Shown here in pieces: positions 57,025 to 64,000 of a stretch of DNA of 64,000 bases. Every line of letters begins with the position of its first letter. The first letter of the stretch is position 1. The translations under genes and the position numbers were made by a program. Below the pieces are notes generated by a model. It saw nothing but the letters and a program-made list of their open reading frames with translations. It was not told the DNA's origin and ran no database searches. This stretch comes from Balanoglossus misakiensis (taxonomy: Eukaryota > Animalia > Hemichordata), in the NCBI GenBank assembly GCA_040954595.2, contig CM082598.2:4148607-4212606 (forward strand). The letters are read 5' to 3'.

Positions 57025-58499
57025 CGGCAAGCAGAGGTCATCAGATTCTCAAATAAATACAAGCTATGTTTCTGTCACTTTCATACATTTACTGAGGTCT
57101 TCTTTTTTTGTCATAGGGCATATTTGGATTGGGAGAATGCACTTTGTATAAGTCATTTGATCAAATCAAATAGTTATGCCACATCTTTAGCAGTAAATAA
57201 AACTCAAAAATACTACAGACTTTCTGTTCTCTGACAGTTTTATTCATCCCCATGATTAATATAGATCAGAAAGAATACAAAGCAATCATCAAGAAGAGAC
57301 AAATAGATGTACATAACATTATCTTTTTTGGAAACTAAATTCATACACAAAAAGATCTTTCTTCAAAAACATTTCTCCAAACACAATAACTAGATAAATC
57401 GGGCAAACATTTATGGCAAAAACAAGTCTAAATATAACACTACAGCAATTTAGCGGTTTGGAAATGTATTTTCTAAGCAATATAGTCAAACTTTCCACGT
57501 TTTCCAATTTATCAACCACGCGCAAGTTTACTTGATGTGTTATGTGACTTCAATTAATTCGGCATAAAAACCACTTGGATAAAAATCGACGAAAACCGCA
57601 TCACCTACGCTGTATGCATGCAAATTAGTCAAAACTTATAGAAAGCAGTATATCTCCCTAACTTCTAGTTGTTACCAGACGTGCTAAGTAGATATTTCAC
57701 TGCACATCCTGCCGGAAACCATGTTCTCCTATAGACCTTCTTTTTTCACCGAAGTCACGTTCTCACTTTGAGGTAACTATCGGTCGTCATTATCGTCATC
57801 TTAATGCCCGGTTATCCAGTAAAACGACACTGCAAGGTTTTTTTTGACACGCAGCGCAGATTTCCGTGTAAACAACAATTCAAGGGAATCGAGTGGTTTG
57901 TGCGCCTCAGGCCTGAGAACTGGTAAAAACAGGCATGGAAAAAACTATTTTTACCCTTTTCAGACGTTTACGTCAACGGTTTCCTTGTATTCGTTTACTC
58001 AAGTATGGTAGATAGTGTATGGACTATCTATACACAATACATTTACAATCAGAATAAATGTCGCTGTCTCCTGAAAGTCGAATATATCAAGTGACAACAA
58101 ATCACAGGTCACAGACGTCGATTATTTAAATATATGAAATCACAGGTTACAGACGTCGATTATTTAAATATATGCAAATGCCCTAACAGTTGATCGTCTT
58201 ATACAGAATGATAAAGTTTTGGAAAGAAATATCAGTTTTTAAAAGCAAATTTTGAGCTGCGGTGCATTTTAATAATGTGTTAATAACAATTATGGGATCG
58301 TTATATACTGAATGCTACACTTTCTTGACCTCCATGCAGTATTCCATTAATTTTAATATTTGACTGACCTTTGTAAAACTGAACACCTATTAATCAAACA
58401 CAAAACGTCTATGAATATGTGGAAATGACACAAAAGATAAATTCATGTTCAGAAAATGTACTATACGTTTCCAAAAGGACATCCTTCTCTTGCATCGGA

Positions 58500-60047
58500 T
58501 CATGCAGTTGTCTTTCTCCGAAGTTTAGTTGGACTTTCTGAATCGATTTCGAACGCAAGATTTTCACGGCAACTAGACGGCGGACAAGAGATACCGATGC
58601 AGTTCTCGGCGTGACCAGTGGCGGACTGTGGTTGGGTCGCTCGAGGTTCTCCCAAAGTCTCATTTTCTTCGTGGCTCGGTTTTGGTGACTTTTCACTCAC
58701 TCCTGTCGAATCTTCAGAATTCAACTGGTCGCCGGATGATAAGCCCTGGACGATTACGGCCAATTGGGGAACCTCTCCTTCGTTGCAAGATCTGCCTTCT
58801 GGACTTTCTGAGTCGATTTCGAACGCAAGATTCTCGCGGCAACTAGAAGGCTGGCCAGCGCTACTGATGCGACGTTCGGCTTGGCCAGTGTCAGGCTGCG
58901 CTCGGGGCTGGGGTTGTCCCGGAGTACGGTTCTTTTCGTTGCGTGTTTTTGATGATATTTCACTCAGTTGTGTCGAATCTTTAGACTGCTTACCTGATGG
59001 GCCTTTGCTCGATTTTGGACTCTCTCCTCCACCACAAGATCCACAGTGAAGAATACGAGCAAACTCTCGACGAAAATTGCTGGCGAAGAGAGCGTAGATG
59101 AACGGGTTGATGAAACTATTCGCTGTGCTGATGGGCAGGACGACAATGCGCGAGAGTTTGTAATGATAAAATGTCATGAGGTGATTGTAGTGTAACAGCC
59201 GCGCGATGCGAGCCGGGCCCCAGCCAACCCCAAACGTCGCCACCAACACTATAAGCACCCTCGCCGCTCGCCTCTTGCGTCGCTGGGAGGTGTCGTTCAC
59301 CGAGTCTTTGGAATACAACACGGCAATAATCTTGGCGTACAGGAAAAGGATTACCAGCAACGGTATGGTGTACACGAGCAAGAAATCAGAGATGGCAAAC
59401 AACCCCATGTGATCATCTGACGACACGTAGTCACAGGTAGAAATGGTGATGTTGCTCCTGCCGACTCTCACGGTCTTCGAAACGATGCCATGATTGACCG
59501 CAGAGAAGTAACTCGAATAGACGAGCGACGCCGACAAGGCCAGCAGGGTCATCAAGACTGCCTGGGTGGTGGAAATTCGCCGCTTTAACGGGGTGACGAT
59601 GACACGGTAGCGGTCGACGGCAATGCACAGGATTAAGAAGATCGTTGAATTCATGCATGTCCACGTCACTGTCATTATTGAGACGCACAGAAGTTGGTTC
59701 GAGACATAGAAATTTCGAAACAAGATTGCTATTCTGGTGGGAAGGAAAATCACCCCAACCAGCAGATCTCCGACAGCAAGAGACGCGATGAAGATATTTG
59801 AAGCGGATTTCTTCACCTTGTGTAGACGGTACACAGCGACTATGACCAATAAGTTGCCACCGATGACTAAGATAGAACTCCCGATGAAAAACCCGCTGAG
59901 CGTCAGGTTTGCCGTGTCTCCGCTTTGTGGTCTCCTCCCAGGACCAAGAACATCCACGTCTTCAAAAGTGTCGTTGTTCGATTTCCCTTCGAGTGACATC
60001 GCTGGAACTTCCATCATCTTTTCACCTCTCCGAGCGCTGCAAAACAT
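58500..60047 (-). CDS. Class A (rhodopsin-like) GPCR, peptide-receptor-like, intronless CDS
   Basis: Seven hydrophobic helices with GN (TM1), LAVGD (TM2), DRY, GWGP (TM6) and NPFIY (TM7). N-glycosylation sequons NDT and NLT. Acceptor at ~60113. First in-frame ATG at 60047 (alternative at 60017). Confidence 0.93.
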   Translation of the reverse strand: MFCSARRGEKMMEVPAMSLEGKSNNDTFEDVDVLGPGRRPQSGDTANLTLSGFFIGSSILVIGGNLLVIVAVYRLHKVKKSASNIFIASLAVGDLLVGVIFLPTRIAILFRNFYVSNQLLCVSIMTVTWTCMNSTIFLILCIAVDRYRVIVTPLKRRISTTQAVLMTLLALSASLVYSSYFSAVNHGIVSKTVRVGRSNITISTCDYVSSDDHMGLFAISDFLLVYTIPLLVILFLYAKIIAVLYSKDSVNDTSQRRKRRAARVLIVLVATFGVGWGPARIARLLHYNHLMTFYHYKLSRIVVLPISTANSFINPFIYALFASNFRREFARILHCGSCGGGESPKSSKGPSGKQSKDSTQLSEISSKTRNEKNRTPGQPQPRAQPDTGQAERRISSAGQPSSCRENLAFEIDSESPEGRSCNEGEVPQLAVIVQGLSSGDQLNSEDSTGVSEKSPKPSHEENETLGEPRATQPQSATGHAENCIGISCPPSSCRENLAFEIDSESPTKLRRKTTA

Positions 60048-60353
60048 CAAAATGCAGCAGCGAACGATTTGCGAGAAATATATACGCGAATCTCGGTAGT
60101 GCCCTTGCAAAACTGTAGAATCTTAGGCAGTCACTTTGAAGAAACTGGAAGTTTGCTTTGAAACGGAATCATGGGAAGTATTTTTACACGAATACAGCCT
60201 ATTGGATTGGCTTTTTTTCCACAACCAGTAAATTTTAAAGTTTTGACTCTCTTGGACTCGACCATAATTCGCGTGGGTGTCCGTGTATCTGTCAATGATG
60301 GTGAGGTGCTTCGGCTGATCTGCACACGTGGTTGGTGTTCCTGTAAATTGTTC

Positions 60354-60548
60354 TTAAAGGTATACAGTCACCCCCAGTTTACATAAGCCCATATATGGCT
60401 GAAATGGCGTATTTGAGCGTTCTAAAAAACATATGGTGGCGCTCTCTTTTTTTCGCGTGTGCCACCCACTGAAAATCTGTGATTGGCTAGATCTCAATTT
60501 GCCATGGTAACTATAGCTAATTTTCCATAAGTGACCGTATAACTTTAA
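60354..60548 (-). mobile_element. MITE family B copy (inverted)
   Basis: Reverse complement of 41350-41541, TTAA-flanked. Confidence 0.88.
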
Positions 60549-63049
60549 ACCCTGTCCAAGTGAATGTTTAAATGTTTTCAGTATTTTTGTTTTGTGAATC
60601 TACTGCGTTTTCTTGTTCAAATCTCTGGAACATGGTGAAATGCCCAGTATCCACACCCTCTATTGGTAACGTAAGCATTGTTACTGAGCAAATTTCGAAT
60701 TCAAGTCCGGACTTAATTCATTTGCCAACAATAACAATGGCCGTTACTCACATGCAGGATGTGTTGACAAGTGGAGTACTGGGTATATTAGCATCCTGTT
60801 TGGAGTAGACCAAGAAATTGCATTTTGTACACAGAACAAAATCACTGAAAAAAAATATCCCTTGGTGAAGATGTGAAAGGCCTCAAGCCAGAACAGTAAA
60901 CACCAAAGCTGAGGTACACCAAGATACATTTGCCCCAACCCTCAGAATTAATGTCACGTGACGTGAAATGAAGCAGTGTGTCCTTCCGAAGTGTGATATC
61001 CTCTGACCGTAAAGCGGACGAACCGTTTCCCTGTACATGTAACAATTAATGAACCATGTATATTCTGGCTTGTAACTCGAGGGAATATTGTACAAAACGT
61101 GAGAAGGTCACCATATTCGCAACCACCATTTTTTTCATATTTTTCCCTTTGACACAGAGCGTACTGTCTGACTTTGCGATTTAAAACAATAGCTAAATCA
61201 TCACCAGATTAATTAATGATCAGTGGCTATTGACGCCCAAGTAAAAAAAAACTATCATGACCGACTTAGTGTTTTGGCTAATTTGAATATTTTCGATTAA
61301 TTCCAATTCATATATTGTCATTCTGTACTTTATTGTTCAGAATTTATCGTGAAATTCGGTGGTTGTGATATAGAAGTTCAAAATTCGTTTTCAAAAATTC
61401 AGAAATCGGGTAAAACAACACAATTTTTACATGTTTGTCTGAGAAACACTCCATAAATCTTCACACACTTGGGTATCTTCCGTGTTGCGAAGATCAAAGG
61501 AAATCGATACAGATGTTACCAACATTGTCTGCCGTGTTGTCACGGCAACGCGCTTCCTAGCATCCACACTCAGAGACTCAGTGGCGCCCTATTTCCATGG
61601 CAACACCAAAACTCGTAATGTTTCTCGTTCATCCGTTTCAGTGATCAAGTGAAAGCCTCGTATACAGTGTTCAAGAAGTTTGCGCCCTGGTTGAGTGCCC
61701 GTACAGTTGATTGTAAGTACCGAACAATCTCACACTTTTGTCGTTTTGGTTTCGGTATATCACGCTCTCTTCGATCGTTTTAACTTGTAATCAGAGAAAA
61801 CATACTTTGGATCGACTACAACGTTGATTATTATGGAGCCTTGAAAAAAAACTGACGCTAATTACATCCGCGCTCCAGTTAAAGTCAGAATGCGCCTCGG
61901 GAACCGATTTTTCAGAATAATGGTAGTCCCCCAAACCTTTCAATTCTATGCCACATAACAGTGTGGGTGGACAATTTTAGCTCTGTAGTCAAAACTTTGC
62001 AAGGTGACCTCTGATTTTCATTCTCAATTTTGGGAGCTGCAGAGAATAACCTGAAGATGCTTTTAGTAAAGTATCAGAACATCGCAACTGGCCTAATGTA
62101 CGACTAGGAGGAGCAGCTACTAATTCGAGAATCAGGGATTGAAAATTGCCTCTTTAATTAAAGACTTGGATTTTCGAGGAGCAGTCTACCATAAAACAAA
62201 GGGATTTGTCATTACGGAGCTCGGAAAATGGTCTATTCACGGAAGATCTGAGCCAAATGCTTTGTGCAAATATTGGTAAGTAAATGTCGTACACAGTAAT
62301 ATGGCTTAATGGTGAAGATTTTAGAGGATAGGGAATATATTTGAAGTATTTTACTGCAGAAAAAAATATGTGAAATTTGGCAGCTATAGGGGCTTTAAAC
62401 ACAATTAGCTTCGTTTGGCGCGTGCGTGATAAGGTGTCTCACTGTCCCGTTAGGTAAAGCAGTCGAGTAAACAGCACTTGCTTTCACGGTCACGTACATT
62501 CTGCCATAGACCTTGGGTACTTCTCGCGATATGTAAATAAGCGTAGAGAAGAGCAGCCTTCTAACTTTATACGCTAACAATCAACCAACGGTCAATGACT
62601 TTGTCAGAAGGCAAAATCCAGTTTTCTCTCTCTTACATCCATGGTTTAGGCGTCGAATGGAATCTTTGCAACCAAATTTTTATATGGATATTGTTTAACC
62701 GTACCTTCGCCTATCCTCCAACACCGGTTAATTTAAGTGTTTTACAGTAGTTTTCAGGCCAGGTATGCTGTTAAAAACGTGCAATGCACACGCGTACACA
62801 TGATAACTATTGTGAATTTGTGCATACGGAGTCAATATGCTGATATACACGTAACAATATTACCATCTGAATCAAATTATATTTCCGCCGTCATACTGTC
62901 ACCATAAATAACACCTTTCGAATGCATTAAGCTTTTAAATACGAAAACAATCACATATATGATTTGATTTCTTCACAGGGCCAACAAGGATCTCTATAAA
63001 CGTGTCCACACACACCAGACTGGGACCAGAGTCGACCACAAACCACCCC

Positions 63050-63174
63050 ATTCGACTGGGACCAAAATTGTCCGGACAAGAATCGGCGAGACCCGTTCAC
63101 ACCTGTTTTTTCGCTCGGCCACGTACCTTGCTAGGACAAGGGCCTAGCCTTTTTCGAGTAATGTGAACGGCCTA
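63050..63174 (+). repeat. Dispersed repeat shared with 36364-36454
   Basis: Direct sequence match with an internal indel. Confidence 0.85.
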
Positions 63175-63226
63175 ATTATTAACTCTTGTTGCAACAAGTA
63201 AGTGGTGTTATTTCAGATTAGGATTA

Positions 63227-63435
63227 GGCCAAAATAAAAAATGTGTGCTGTTCCGATTACCCGATGTCACATATACAAAATTTATGAAAATTGCGAGAAC
63301 TATGACGTCATTCTTCTACACTACGGCGGCCAGAGAAACAAAAACATTGCAAAAAAAAATAAAAAAAATTCCCTACCAACCTACCCTATTTTTGAAAACC
63401 ATGTAATCGGAACAGCACATATTTTTTTATTTGAC
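63227..63435. mobile_element. MITE family H (GGCCAAA...GTGCTGTTCCGATTAC TIR)
   Basis: Inverted termini; end fragments also at ~30790-30852, ~39005-39048 and ~42630-42675. Confidence 0.7.
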
Positions 63436-64000
63436 TCTTGACGATCGATGAGAACAATCTTTAAAAACACTCCTCGCAGTCCTCTCTGCACAAGCATTTG
63501 CGATTTGGACACCTACAGGGGGTCAACTTTATTTCATTGACACGCCAGATATTTTCCTTGACTTTACCTTTATCGAAGTCCTTGCTTCGTGACTTGATCG
63601 AGAAATGATATCAGATGCGGTAGTTGAAGATGTCACGCTGCTGCCTAGTGGCCAAGTTGATGATGACGAGTTCAATAACATGTCACCATAGAATTTGCTG
63701 CATGAAATAATGACGGCTCCCCTCCAACGCTCTACGCTGGTCTTTCCGCTGAAATTTGAGAACGGAAACAAATTCGCGATATGGGATTTTGTACAGTGTG
63801 TCTCCATGACGACCAATTTCAAAGCAAACGTTTCCACTGTTCACAAGTTTCTTCAGAATAATAACAAAAAAATCACGAGAAAGAGGAAAAAGCATTGATG
63901 GTGAGAGATCATCAAAATCGGTAAAAAACAACAAGAAAAGAAAATGTCTGTGAATTGGTAAATGTATTAAATAACTTAGGTAATGACGCGATTTGTATTA

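Overview
Eukaryotic, intron-rich genomic DNA (GT-AG introns, microsatellites, many MITEs). Gene content suggests an invertebrate deuterostome such as a hemichordate or echinoderm; this is inference, not a determination. I assembled nine protein-coding loci by hand from splice sites and frame/phase checks: (1) the 3' part of a proline-rich protein with a C-terminal EF-hand-like region (+); (2) TMEM9 (-); (3, 4) two tandem Dickkopf-3-like genes (+), the first head-to-head with TMEM9 and carrying a ~550-aa acidic, Tyr-rich repeat tail; (5) an intronless 348-aa orphan ORF (+); (6) a 75-aa single-pass membrane microprotein (-); (7) a complement factor B/C2-like protease with 6 CCP, vWA and trypsin domains (+); (8) a secreted three-domain F-type lectin (+); (9) an intronless class A GPCR (-). 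Introns carry several TA- and TTAA-flanked MITE families, including one nested insertion and one stack. The most unusual items are the Dkk3 pair (acidic tail, in-frame intronic poly-Asp, furin site) and the factor B/F-lectin pair (twin RGR|I sites, degenerate sugar-binding sites). No prokaryotic features, CRISPR arrays, tRNA or rRNA were seen. All homology calls come from motif recognition; no database search was run.
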